From: Basidiobolus meristosporus CBS 931.73 | Taxonomy: Eukaryota; Fungi; Basidiobolomycota | Length of the DNA: 64,000 bases | Assembly (NCBI GenBank): GCA_002104905.1 | Contig: MCFE01000177.1 | Location: forward strand, 62,001-126,000 | Direction of reading: 5' to 3' | In this document: in pieces, positions 1 through 12,647 of the stretch | Numbering within the stretch: the stretch's first letter is position 1 | Layout of the letters: each line of letters opens with the position of its first letter | The notes under the pieces: generated by a model | Told to the model about the DNA's origin: nothing | Database searches by the model: none | Seen by the model: only the letters and a program-made list of their open reading frames with translations | Translations under genes and position numbers: made by a program

Positions 1-203
1 ATTGACCAAGTTAAAATCCAGTCTGGCAGGTAATAGCTTGTAGATCTTGTTGGCCTTCTGTATCTGAGTAGCATGGGTTCTCCAGTTGTTTGATGGATTA
101 CAACAAAATAGCCAGGTTTTCCCAAGTACAAGGGCAAACTTGCAGCTCTCAAATATATAGGCCTGTGGATAATCTTCATAGTCATTGATCTTCATCCTTA
201 CTG

Positions 204-1352
204 TCAGAGTAGTATGGTGATTATGTGAGAGTTCCCATCAGCTGTTGAGACTGAAGTTGATTTGGTGGGTTCCAAGTTGATTCCAGCTTTCAAAGCAAAT
301 TGCTCTGGCATATACTCATGCAATGCTCCTGAGTCAATCATGATTTTGGCAGTTACTCCATTGATTACTCTATTAAAGTATAATAGCTTTCCTGAGTTTG
401 AGGTCATCTGGGAATGGTATTCTTCTGTCATATGGAAGGTGAGTTCTGAGTCTTCTTCAAGTTCATCCTCCATGTTACTATGCCCCTGGGCCTCAATATG
501 GTTAAAGGTTCTTGATGGCTGGTATCCACTTCTTCTCTGAGGGTAGTACTTTGCAATATGTCCCTGCTGGTGGCAATTGAAGCAAAGTCCTTTCTTCTTA
601 CATTCTTCTGAGGTAGGATTCTTCTGCATAGTGTCTATTTCCATTGGCACTGCTTCTGATTGTCTTCTTTTATAGTGATTATAGCTTCTCTGATTAGTCA
701 TTGTGGGCTTCCCAACTCAAAACATGGCTAAGTCATAGTCAATGGTAATCTTGATGGCTTCTTCAATAGTCTGAGGTCTTTGATAATTTACTTCCTTACA
801 AGTTCTTTCTTTTGACCCACCAATAAAGTATTCAACTTGATTCAGAGGGTCCATGCTTTCAATTTGTCCAAGTAAACACCTATCTTCACAGATGTACTCT
901 TGGACCATTCCTCTCTGTCTGAGTGTCTTCAACTTTCTAAATAGTAGTGTCTGTTGGTGTGGGGGCTCAAAGGCATCCTGAATTTCCGACATAAACTCAT
1001 CCCAGGTAGAGATTGTAGAGGGTCCCATCATGGTGGATGACCTGATCTTGTTGTGGTACCACAGTAAAGCTGCATCTGCCAGGTAAGTGGCTGCATAATG
1101 TAACTTGCTTTTGGTAGCAATTCCCTTAGCCTTGAAAGCTTCTTCAATCTGGAAGAGCCAAGTTCCCAGGTTTTGATTGACTCTACCATGGTACCAGTTG
1201 ACTTTCACACTAAAGTTGCTCTTGACAGGGTTTTGCTGGCTTTGGGCCATGGTAGTCATTCTTTGTTGTTGCTGGCTAAGGATCTGGAGTAACAGTTGCT
1301 GCTGGGCCAGGATTTGCTGCATAGCATTCTTCCATTCTTGATTTTTGGACAT
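204..1352 (-). pseudogene. gag-protease of Gypsy family A (frameshifted between capsid and zinc knuckle/protease)
   Basis: ORFs 717-1352 (retrotransposon Gag capsid) and 204-701 (Zn knuckle plus DSG protease) are in different frames. Confidence 0.9.
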
Positions 1353-1410
1353 CTTGAGGGAGGCTTCTTCTTTCTTCAGGAGGGAGGTCTCTGCTCATCA
1401 CTGCTACCAA

Positions 1411-1777
1411 TTTTACAAGTCTTTGTATAAGAGTTGTAGAGGAATAGGGAGTTCAGCTAGTATTGTATTCACTAAAACTTGAACTGATCTTCATTGAGGT
1501 TCCAGCAGCTCCTTACATACATTTTGCCAGATCAATTGCTGACTAATTATATTTCCTAATGTAGCTTGTGGCTGATGACTCATATGATGCATTATCACCA
1601 CCCAATAAGATCCTACTTAATATATCTATTTCTGTCTGATAAGGATCTGCTGATTCATTTGCTGACTAATGCTACTGATTTGATAGATAATACTGATATA
1701 TTGATAACCTAAACATATACTAATTGATTTGACTAAAAACTGATCTAACTTAAACATTCTAGCGGCAGTTCATAACA
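1411..1777 (-). repeat. 5' LTR, Gypsy family A
   Basis: 367 bp, homologous to the other family A LTRs. Adjacent 1401-1410 reads TTGGTAGCAG on the minus strand (PBS). Confidence 0.93.
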
Positions 1778-3582
1778 ATCAACCATTACGTTTCATCTCA
1801 GACTTGCTGAAGAGGTCTGCTTTTTGCTGTTTTAGTGCCTCCTGGTCACCTGTATCTGCTTATAGATTGCCCACAAAGACACCCAGGATAACCATTCACT
1901 TTTTAAGCTGTTTCACATTTACTGTGATTGCTAATCCTACAAGAGAAACCCAATCTTCATAGATGTATGTCAATCTGATTTTACCATGCTCTACAAGCTT
2001 GCTTCAGCAATTTCCTAAGTCTGCACACTTTACAGGGGCCTTTTGCATTGATAAAGCCTTCTGATGATTATATCATCCCATAGCTGGCCAGTGGTTGCAG
2101 TGGCTTTTTGATCTGAGCTATCCTGAGATACAAGATCCCTGCACTTGATCAGATTCTGACTCTTGTCATCAAACAATCTGTACCCTCAAGTACCTTTGCA
2201 ATGGGCAAAAAAGGTCCCTTTTCTACTTTTGTTTCCTACCTTGAGCATTTTTTGCCAGGGAAGTGATAGATAAGTCATAGCCAAAGATCCAAAAGTACTG
2301 GAGGTCAGGTTTTTTGCCTGTAACGGCTTCACAGGGTGTAGAATCACACACTATTGTTGTTAGGCATTTATTTCTGATTTAAACTCAGGTGGCAACAAAT
2401 ATAGTCCAAAATTTGTAGTCCATTTATTTTTATGTAGCATAGAGCTTTGCATCTCTGGTATTATCATATTTGCTTGGACTGCAACTTCATTTTACTGTAG
2501 AGTATGTGGAACAGTGATCTGTAGATGTATGCTGGTTGATAAGCAGTACATTGCAAACTCCTTAGAGCAGTATTCCACTTCATTGATTCTTCAAAGTACC
2601 TTCAATTTAGACACAGTTTGTGTTTTTGCCATATTTTGGTAAATGTCTCTGAAGCATTGTCCTTAGTCCCAAGACTATCAATATTCCAAAATTCAACATT
2701 GGGCATTGTCATATTGTTGATAACTTGTCATTGTTGCATTGTCTATGATTCGGATCTCTACTCTGCCTTCAATACAGGATGTGGAGGCAGTAATGGAGAT
2801 ATTACCTGGCTCTGCAGGTTGTTCCACCACACTGGAGTGGATTTCAACTGGCTATGCTTCCAGCTTGTGGGAGCACAGCTGTATTTTTGTAGGTAATTCT
2901 TCTTGGCTATCATGGTATTGTGTCTGTTCTGGGCTGACTGTATTAGTTGTAGAAACTGCAGCTTTTTTTCATGCATCCCTGTCTCTCTTTTCAACCTGAT
3001 GTTTCTTTGCCACATATTTGTGGCCTTCAGCTGTCCTTTTAACAGGCTCTAGAGAAAGCCATAGGTTTTTGTCACTGCCAGGCTCTATACCTCTACTTTG
3101 GCTGGGTGCCTTCTGTACTCCACTGGGCTCTTTACTTGATAAGTGCATCATCAATGCAACTGCTTCTGCCTGATTGTCACTTACTGCCACTCTTCTGGCT
3201 GCCTGACCTTTGTTTGCTGCTTGTGTAGAGATTTTAGTTCCACTTGTATCAGGACTGATAGAAAGCTGTCTCCTATGCTATGGTGGGTACTTTTATGGGC
3301 ACCACCATTGTGCTTCAAGGAATGCAAAGTGTTCCTCTGCCATTACATAGGGAAATGGCACAATTATTGGCTGTGATATAAGGTTACAGGAGTTACTTTT
3401 TTGCAGCAAAAACATTACACTAGTTCTGTAGAATTCTGCTACACAGTTTTAAATCTGGTACTCACTCCTTGCCCTTGCCTCCTTCCTATAGCTCCCCAAT
3501 ATGTCCTTCCTCCCATAGCTGACCTTACCTAGATAGAACACTACCTATATAGGAAAGTGCTCAAACCTCTGTTTTATAATAT
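1778..3582 (-). mobile_element. Decayed DNA-transposon-associated ORF region (copy 1 of a repeat also at ~21.1-22.6 kb, ~43.5 kb, ~54.9-55.4 kb)
   Basis: Patchy nucleotide similarity, e.g. 2680-2930 versus 21500-21740. It continues at 12648 after the Gypsy nest, matching 22530-22680. No CpG. Product not identified. Confidence 0.55.
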
Positions 3583-3771
3583 AGTTACAAGTCTTGATAC
3601 AAGAGCTGTAGAGAAATAGGGGGTTTAACTAGTATTGCATACACTAAAACTTGAGCTGGTTTTTATTGAGGTCCCAGCAGCTCCTTATATACATTCTGTC
3701 AGATCAAAGGCTGACTAATTGGATTACCTAATGTAGGTTGTGGCTGATGACTCATTTGATTGCATCATAAT

Positions 3772-4139
3772 TGTTATGATCTGCTGCTTGAATGTTTAAG
3801 TTAGATCAGTTTTTAGTCAAATCAATTAGTTTAAGTTTAGGTTATCAGTATATCAGTATTATCTATGAAATCAGTAGCATTAGTCAGCAAATGAATCAGC
3901 AGATCCTTATCAGACAGAAATAGATATATTAAGTAGGATCTTATTGGGGGATGATGATGCAATCAAATGAGTCATCAGCCACAAGCTACATTAGGAACTA
4001 CAATTAGTCAGCAATTGACCTGGCAAAATGTATATAAGGAGCTGCTGGAACCTCAATGAAGATCAGCTCAAGTTTTAATGAATACAATACTAGCTAAACT
4101 CCCTATTCCTCTACAACTCTTATACCAAGGCTTGTAACA
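3772..4139 (+). repeat. 5' LTR of full-length Gypsy A
   Basis: 368 bp, TG...CA termini, direct repeat of 8353-8720. Confidence 0.97.
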
Positions 4140-4197
4140 TTGGTAGCAGCAATAACCAGAAACCTCCCTCCTGAAGAAAGAAGAAACCACCCTCAAG

Positions 4198-7100
4198 ATG
4201 TTGGACAATTAAGAATGGAAGAATGCCATGCAGCTAATCCTGGCCCAACAACAACAGTTACTCCAGATCCTCAGCCAACAGCACCAAGGAATGACTACCA
4301 TGGCTCAGAGCCAGCAAAGCCCTATCAAGAGCAACTTTAGTGTGAAGGTCAAGAGGTACCATGGCAGAGTCAATGAAAACCTGGCAACTTGGCTCTTTCA
4401 GATTAAAGAAGCTTTTGAGGCTAAAGGAATTGCTCCAGAAAGCAAGTTGCATTATGCAGCTTCTTACCTGGCAGATGCAGCTTTACAGTGGTACCACAAC
4501 AAGATCAGGTCAGCCACTATGATAGGATGCTCAACAATCTCTACCTGGGATGAGTTTGTGCTGGAAATTCACAATGCTTTTGAACCTCCACACCTGCAGA
4601 TACTACTAAGAAGGAAGTTAAAGACACTCAGACAGAAAGGATTGGTTCAAGAATACATCTATGAGTACAGATGTTTATTGGACAAATTGACAGAATGGAC
4701 CCCCTGGATCAAGTTGAATACTTTATTGAGGGGTTGAAAGAATGAACTTGCAAGGAAGTGAATTGTTGAAGACCTCAGACTATTGAAGAAGCCATCAAGA
4801 TTGCCATTGACTATGACTCAGCTATGCTTGGAGTTGGGAAGCCTACAGTGACTAATCAGAAAGGCTACAATCATTATGAAAGAAGACAGTGAGAAGCAAT
4901 ACCAATGGAAAGAGACGCTGTGCAGAAGAATCCTACCTCAGAAGAATGTAAGAAGAAAGGTCTTTGCTTCAATTGCCACCAGCAAGGACATATTGCAAAG
5001 GACTGCCCTCAGAGAAGAAATAGACACCAGCCAACAAGAACCTTCAACTACATTGAGTCCCATGAACACAGTAATGTGGAAGATGAGCTTGAAGAAGACT
5101 CATAACTCACCTTCCACATGACAGAAGAATACCTATCCCAGATGACCTCAAACTCAGGAAAGCTATTATACTTGAACAGAGTAATCAATGGAGTACCTGC
5201 CAAGATCATGATTGACTCAGGAGCATTGCATGAGTACATGTTAGAGCAATTTGCTCAGAAAGCTGGAATCAACTTGTAGCCTACCAAATCAACTTCAGTC
5301 TCAACAGCTGATGGGAACTCTCAGATAATCATCATACTACTCTGCCAGTAAGAATGAAGATCAATGACTATGAAGAAGACCTACAGACTTATACATTTGG
5401 GAACTGCAAGTTTGACCTTGTACTTGGAAGAACCTGGCTATTTTGTTGTAATCCATCAATCAACTGGAGAACCCATGCTACTCAGATCTAAAAGACAACA
5501 AGACTTATGAGCTATTACCTGCCAGGCTGGATTTCAACATGGTCAATTCCAGTGTGTGTGAGACAAGTGAACTTAGCAACACCCAGTTCTGTAGAGCACT
5601 TAGAAAAGGTACCCAGATGTTCCTCATGGCAGTATTACAGTAGGATTCTGCTATCCCACCACCCCAGCAGGCCCAGACTCTCTTGAAGAAGTATTCAGAC
5701 ATGTTTCCAGATGAGTTTGTAAGCCTACCACCAGTCAGAGATGTGGATCATCCCATTGACACAGGAGATAGCCCTCCAGTGAGCAAGACACCTTACAGAA
5801 TGAGTCCATTGGAACTGGAGGAAATGAAGAGACAAATTGATCAGCTATTGGAGCAAGGATACATCAGACCCAGCAAGTCACCTTGGGGAGCACCAGTGCT
5901 TTTTGTAAAAAAAAATGGAACACTTAGGATGTGCATTGACTACAGAGCCCTCAACTCAGTTACCATCAAGAATAAGTACCCCATACCTTAGATTGATGAG
6001 CTTTTGGACCAACTCAATGGAGCCACCATATTCAGCAAGATTGACCTCATGTCAGGATATAACCAAATTAGGGTGAAACCAGAAGATATCCCTAAGACAA
6101 CATTCAGGACCAGATATGGACATTACAAGTACTTAGTCATGAGTTTTGGCCTCACTAATGCCCCTGCAACATTTGTGATGCAGATGCAGACTGTCTTTCA
6201 GGAGTATTTAGACAGGTTTGTGATGATCTACCTGGATGACATATTGATATACAGCAAGACAGAAGAGGATCACTTGGTACACATTGAAAAGGTCTTGAAG
6301 AAACTAAGAGAGAACAAGCTATATGGCAAGCTAGCCAAGTGTGAATTCTTCAAGGAACACGTTAAATTGCTGGGACACATAGGGACTGGCACAGGTGTGA
6401 CCTTAGACCCTAAGAAGGTTGAAGTTATCAAGAACCTGAAGCTGCCCCACAGCATTTCAGAACTCAGATCATTCCTTGGAATGGTTTCCTATTATTGGAG
6501 ATTTGTCAAGTCTTTTGCAAGTATTGCAGCCCCTTTAACTGATATCCTCAAGAAAGACAACACCTATAAGTGGGACATAGCTTGTGAGACTGCCTTCCAG
6601 ATGCTCAAGAATGAACTTGCTAAGCTGCCAAGCTTAAGAATACCAGACTTCAGAAAAGAGTTCACTCTGTGCACAGATGCTTCAGATTATGCAATAGGTG
6701 GAGTGTTGAGCCTAGAACATAAGGGAAAGGACCACCCTGTTGCCTTTGAATCCAAGAAACTGAACTCAGCAGAGCAAAGCTATCCAGTCCACCAGAAGGA
6801 GATGCTTGCTATAATACACTGTTTGAAAACATGTAGATGCTATATTGATGGAGTCAAATGCACTATTAAGACTGATCAAGCCTCCCTCAAGTATATATTT
6901 ACTCAGAAGGTACTCTCTAGAAGAATGACAAGATGGAGTGAGTATATTCAGCAATTTGACTTGGAGATTGTCTACAGCGCTTGAAAAAACAACACAGTTG
7001 CTGATGCCTTATCAAGATTAGATCAATTTTACTTAGAGATTGCCTACTGCCCTGGAAAAAACAACATGCTTGCTGATGCCTTATCAAGATTAGAACAAGT

Positions 7101-8291
7101 TGTACAACTCAACTTGGTGCATGAATCAGATTGGCCTAGCCTATTACCACAGTACTTGAAAGACCAAGCCATTCCTAATGAGGTGGATGAACCCTAGCCC
7201 AAATAGTTGATGAACGCCCTATTGCCTATTGCCCTTATGTTTCTTGCCTGGATTTAATACATAAGCTACACAATGGTTATGGACATCTTGGGATTGAAGG
7301 AACCTATAGCCTTGTGAAAGCCAGAGCATGGTGGCCCAGAATGAAACGAGATATTGGGAAGCTAGTGAAAACATGCCCAAACTGCCAAATCAATCAAGGC
7401 CAGCCACAAAGAATTGCCAAACTCTTCCCTTTGGAGCCTGTAAGACCATTTGAGAGATGGGGAATGGACTTTATTGGAAGACTGCCAACCACCAGGAAAT
7501 GCAACCATTGGATCCTAGTAGCAATTGACCATGCCACTAAATGGCCAGTTGCTCAAGCTGTACCAATAGCCAGTGAACAAGAAGTTGTAAGTTTCATTTA
7601 CCATGAGATCCTGATGAAGTTTGGATACCCTGTGGAGATCTTATCTGATAGAGGAGCAAGTTTTATGGCAAAGACATTAGAGGCTTACCTACAAATGCAG
7701 CAGATTAAACACTTGAAAATCTTGGCATATCACCCCAGAACTAATGGAGTCACTGAACGCTTTAATGGATTATTTGGAAAAATGCTGACCAAGTATGCAA
7801 ATGGAGCTGCCAGTAAATGGGGTGAGTATATATATCAAGCACTTTTTTGCCTGCAGAGTTAGAGTGCTCAACACTACCCAACAATCACCATTTTACTTAG
7901 TGTATGGATGTGAACCAAGGATTCCCAGAGATCTCACACAACCAAAGCTTACAGACACCTTAGAAGATGAACTCAGTCAGCCAAGTAGACACCAGCAGCT
8001 GGAACAAAGACATCAAGAGGCACAGAAAAGTATCTCAAAGTGAAGAAAAAAATGAAGCAGAGATTTGATAAGACTTTAGCACCAGAAACTTTGAAAGTTG
8101 GAAGCTTTGTATTACTAAGAAACAACACTTGGAAGAAGTTTGAGCCACAATGGACAGGACCATTCAAGATCATCAGAGAATGTCTATTTGCAACTTACCA
8201 ACTAGTGGACAAACAAGGCAATATCTTGGAAGACTTAGTGCATAGGGACAGACTCAAGCTTGCAAAACTTGCTGATAATACTGAACCATAA
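4198..8291 (+). pseudogene. gag-pol of Gypsy A (capsid, CCHC, protease, RT, RNase H, integrase) with several stops and frameshifts
   Basis: Motifs [62 protein letters not shown] and WTGPF. No chromodomain seen. Confidence 0.95.
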
Positions 8292-8352
8292 AGATATTGG
8301 TATCACAAGAAAACAGATTCAGGAGAACCCTCTCAACTTTAGTAGTGGTGAA

Positions 8353-8720
8353 TGTTATGATCTGCTGCTTGAATGTTTAAGTTAGATGAGTTTTTAGTCA
8401 AATCAATTAGTTTAAGTTTAGGTTATCAGTATATCAGTATTATCTATGAAATCAGTAGCATTAGTCAGCAAATGAATCAGCAGATCCTTATCAGACAGAA
8501 ATAGATATATTAAGTAGGATCTTATTGGCTAATGATGATGCAGTCAAATGAGTCATCAGCCACAAGCTACATTAGGAACTACAATTAGTCAGCAATTGAC
8601 CTGACAAAATGTATATAAGGAGCTGCTGGAACCTCAATAAAAATCAGTTCAAGTTTTAGTGAATACAATACTAGCTAAACTCCCTATTCCTCTACAACTA
8701 TTATACCAAGACTTGTAACA
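8353..8720 (+). repeat. 3' LTR of full-length Gypsy A
   Basis: 368 bp direct repeat of 3772-4139. Confidence 0.97.
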
Positions 8721-11264
8721 TAATCACCCAATAAGATCCTACTTAATATATCTATTTCTCTCTGATGAGGATTTGCTGATTCATTTGCTGACTAATGCTA
8801 CTAATTTGGCAGATAACACTGGTACACTGATAGGCTAAACAAATAACTAATTGATCCGATTAAAAACTGATCAAATTAAAAAATTCAAGCTGTAGATCAT
8901 AATATTCTCCCCTTCCAAAGTTGAGAGGGTTCTCCTGAATCTTTTTTCTTGTAATACCACTACCTTGATAGTTCAGTATTGTTGGCAAGTCTTGCAAGCC
9001 TGAGTCTGTTGCTATGAACTAAATCTTCCAAACACTCCCTTGTTTGTCCACTAGTTGGTAAGTTGCAAATGGACATTCTCTGATGATCTTAAAAGTACCT
9101 GTCCATTGTGACTAAAGCTTCTTCCAAGTATTTTTTCTTAGCAATACAAAGTTCCCAGCTGTCTATGACTCCAATATTGTAGTCTTATTGAGTCTCAGCA
9201 TTATCTTTTCTGTACTTTGAGATACCTTGTCCTGTGCCACTTGATGTCTTTGTTTCAGCTGCTGGCGTCTGCTTGGCTGGCTGAGTTCATCTTCTAAGGT
9301 GTCTCTAAGCTTTGGCTGTGGGGGATCTCCTGGAATCCTTGGTTCATATCCATACACTAAGTAAATGGCAATTGTTGAGTGGTATTGTGTACTCTGACTC
9401 TGCATGCAAAGAGTGTTGGTCTATATACTCAACCCATCTACTGACAGCTTCATTTGCATACTTGATCAGCATTTTTCCAAATAGTCCATTAAACTGCGCA
9501 AGGACTACATTAGATCTAGGGTGATATGCCAAGGTTTTCAAGTATCTGATGTGCTGCATTTCCTGGTAAGCTTCCAATGTCTTTGCCAAAAAGTTTGCTC
9601 CTCCATTTGGATAGAATCTCTACAGGGCATCAAAGCTTCATAAGGATCTCATGGTAGATGAAACTTACAACATCTTGTTCACTGGCTGCAGGTACTACTT
9701 CAGCCACTGGCCATTTGGTGGCATGGCCAATTGCTACTAGGATCCAACAGTTGCATTTCCTGGTAGTTGGCAGTCTTCTAATAAGGTCAATTCCTCATCT
9801 TTGAGATGGTCTTACAGGCTCCAAGGCAAAGAGTTCAGCAATTCTCTGTAGTTGGCCTTGGTTGATTTGGCAATTTGGGCATGCTTTCACTAGCTTCTCA
9901 ATCTCATGTTCCATTCTGGGCCACCATGCTCTGGCTTTCACAAGGCTGTTAGTTCCTTCAATTCCAAGATGTCCATATCCACTGTGTAGCTTATGTATTA
10001 AATCCAGGCAACATAAGGGCAATAGGCAATAGGGCTTTCATTAACAATTTAGTAGAGTGCTTCATCCCAGATTATCTCCTTGATCTCTTCATCCACCTCA
10101 TTGGGAATGACTGGGTCCTGCAAGTACTCTGGTATTTAGCTAGGTCAATCTGATTGATGCACCAAGTTGGGTTGTGTAGCTTGTTCTAATCTTTGTAGCT
10201 TCTTCAAGACCTTTTCAAAGATCATCAAGTGATCCTCCTCTGCCTTGCTGTGTATCATTATGTCATCAAGGTAGATTAACACAAACTTGTCTAAGTACTC
10301 CTGGAAGATAGTTTGCATCATGGTCATGAATGTTGCAGGGACAATGGTGAGGCCGAAACCCATGACTAAGTACTAGTAATGCCCATATCTGGTCCTGAAT
10401 GCTGTCTTAGGGATGTCTTCAGGCTTCACCCTAATCTGGTTGTATCCTGACATGAAGTCAATCTTGCTGAATATAATGGCTCCATTGAGTTGGTCTAAAA
10501 GCACATCAACCGCAGGTATGGGGTACTTATTCTTCGTGGTAACTGAGTTGAGGGCTCTGTAGTCAATGCACATGTTGAGTGATTGATCCTTCTTCTTCAC
10601 AAAAAGTACTGGTGCCCCCCAAGGTGACTTGCTGGGTGTAATATATCCTTACTTCAATAACTGATCTTTTTGTTTCTTCATCTCTTCCAACCCTAATGGA
10701 CTCTTTCTGTAAGGTGTCTTACTCACAGGATGGCTATCTTCTGAGGCAATTACATGATCCCCATCTCTGACTGGTGGTAGGCATACAAGTTGATCTGGAA
10801 ATACAACTGAGTATTCCCTCAAAAGAGCCTGGACTTTCTGGGGTACTGGAGTAGTGAAATCCTCCTGTAACACTGCCATAAGGAACACCTGGTGTCTTTT
10901 CTAAATGCTCTATCAAACTGTGTCTTGTTAAGTTCACTTGTTTCACTCACACTGGATTGACCAAGTTGAGATTCAATCTGGCAGGTAATAGCTCAGAGGT
11001 CTTGTTGTTTTTCTGGATCTGAGTATTTCTTCTCTGAGGGTGGTACAGTGTAATATGTCCCTGCCTGTGGCAATTAAAGCAAAGTCCTTTCTTTGGACAT
11101 TTGTTGGAGATAGGAATCTTCCGTATAGCATCTATTTCCATTGGCACTGCTTCTGATTTTCTACTTTCATAGTGATTATGGCCTCACTGACTAGTCATTG
11201 TGGGCTTCCCAACTCCAAACATAACTGAGTCATAGTCAATGGAAAACTTGACAGCTTCTTCAAT

Positions 11265-11633
11265 TGTTACAAGTCTTGGTATAAGAGTTGTAGAGGAATA
11301 GGGAGTTTAGCTGTTGTTGTATTCACTAAAACTTGAACTGCTCTTTATTGAGGTTCCAGCAGCTCCTTATATACATTTTGCCAGATCCATTGCTGACTAA
11401 TTGTATTTCCTAATGTAGGTTGTGGCTGATGACTCATTTGATTGCATCATCATCACCCAATAAGATCCTACTTAATATATCTATTTCTGTCTGATAAGGA
11501 TTTGCTGATTCAGTTGCTGACTAATGCTACTGATGTCATATATAATACTGATATACTGATAACCTAAGCATATAACTAATTAATTTGACTAAAAACTGAT
11601 CTAACTTAAATATTCAAGCAGTATATCATAACA
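11265..11633 (-). repeat. Solo LTR of Gypsy A inserted in the gag of the host element
   Basis: 369 bp with TSD CAAT at 11261-11264 and 11634-11637. Removing it restores the gag sequence gcttcttcaatagtctg seen at ~756. Confidence 0.95.
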
Positions 11634-12283
11634 CAATAGTCTGTGATCTTAGATAATTCACTTCCTTGCAAGTTCTTTGGTTGAACCCATCAATAAAATA
11701 TTCCACTTGATCCAGGCAGTCCATTCTTTCAATTTATCTAAGTAGACATCTATATTCATAGATATACTCTGGAACCATTCCTCTCTGTCTGAGTTCCTTC
11801 AACATTCTTCTTAGTAGTGTCTGTTGGTGTGGGGGCTCAAAAGCATCCTGAATTTCTGACACAAACTCATCCCAGGTAGTGATTGTAGAGCATCACATCA
11901 TGGTGTCTGACCTGACCTTATGTGGTACCACTGTAAAGCTGCATCTGCCAGGTAAGTGGCTACATGATGTAACTTGGTTTTGGGAGCAATTCCCTTAGCC
12001 TTGAAAGCTTCTCCAATCTGGAAGAGCCAAGTTCCCATGTTTTCATTGACTCTGGCATGATGCCGCTTGACCCTCACACCAAAGTTGCTCTTGAAAGGGT
12101 TTTGCTGGCTTTGGGCCATGGTAGTCATTCCTTGTTGCTGCTGGCTAAGGATCTGGAGTCGCAGTTGCTATTGTGCCAGGATTTGCTGCATAGCATTGAT
12201 CCATTCTTGATTTTTGGACATCTTGTGTGAGGCATCTTCTTTCTTCAGGGGGCGGGGAGGTTTCTGATTATCACTGCTACCAA

Positions 12284-12647
12284 TGTTACAAGTCTTGGTA
12301 TAAGAGTTGTAGAGGAATAGGGAGTTTAGCTAGCATTGTATACCCTGAAACTTGAACTGATTTTTATTGAGGTTCCAGCAGCTCCATATATATATCTTGC
12401 CAGATCAATTGCTGACTGATTTTATTTCTAAATGTAGGTTGTGGCTGATGACTTGTTTGATTGCATCATCATCACCCAATTAGATCCTACTTAATGTATC
12501 TATTTCTGTCTGATAAGGATCTGCTGATTCATTTGCTTACAAATGCTATTGATACATAACACTGATATACTGATAGGCTAAACATATAACTTATTGATCT
12601 GACTAAAAACCGATCTAACTTAAACATTCAAGAGGTAGATTATAACA
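12284..12647 (-). repeat. 5' LTR of the host Gypsy A element
   Basis: 364 bp family A LTR followed on the minus strand by PBS TTGGTAGCAG and gag. Confidence 0.93.

Larger units (their letters stand above)
1..1777 (-). mobile_element. Ty3/Gypsy LTR retrotransposon family A, 5' part of a decayed copy (runs off the left edge of the window)
   Basis: LTR at 1411-1777 matches the LTRs at 3772-4139 and 8353-8720 in reverse. PBS follows it. Gag, CCHC knuckle (CFNCHQQGHIAKY) and aspartic protease (IMIDSGA) read on the minus strand. Confidence 0.95.
3772..8720 (+). mobile_element. Full-length Gypsy family A element (4949 bp), defective
   Basis: LTRs 3772-4139 and 8353-8720 (TGTTA...TAACA, about 12 differences in 368 bp). 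4-bp TSD TAAT at 3768-3771 and 8721-8724. PBS TTGGTAGCAG at 4140-4149. Domain order gag-PR-RT-RH-IN. Confidence 0.97.
3583..12647 (-). mobile_element. Gypsy family A host element, internally deleted, carrying two nested insertions of its own family
   Basis: 5' LTR 12284-12647 with PBS at 12274-12283. 3' LTR split into 3583-3771 and 8721-8904. PPT GGAAGGGGAGAA at 8905-8916 (minus). Gag, RT and integrase remnants lie between. Flanks ATAT / TTAT give a 3-of-4 TSD match. Confidence 0.9.
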
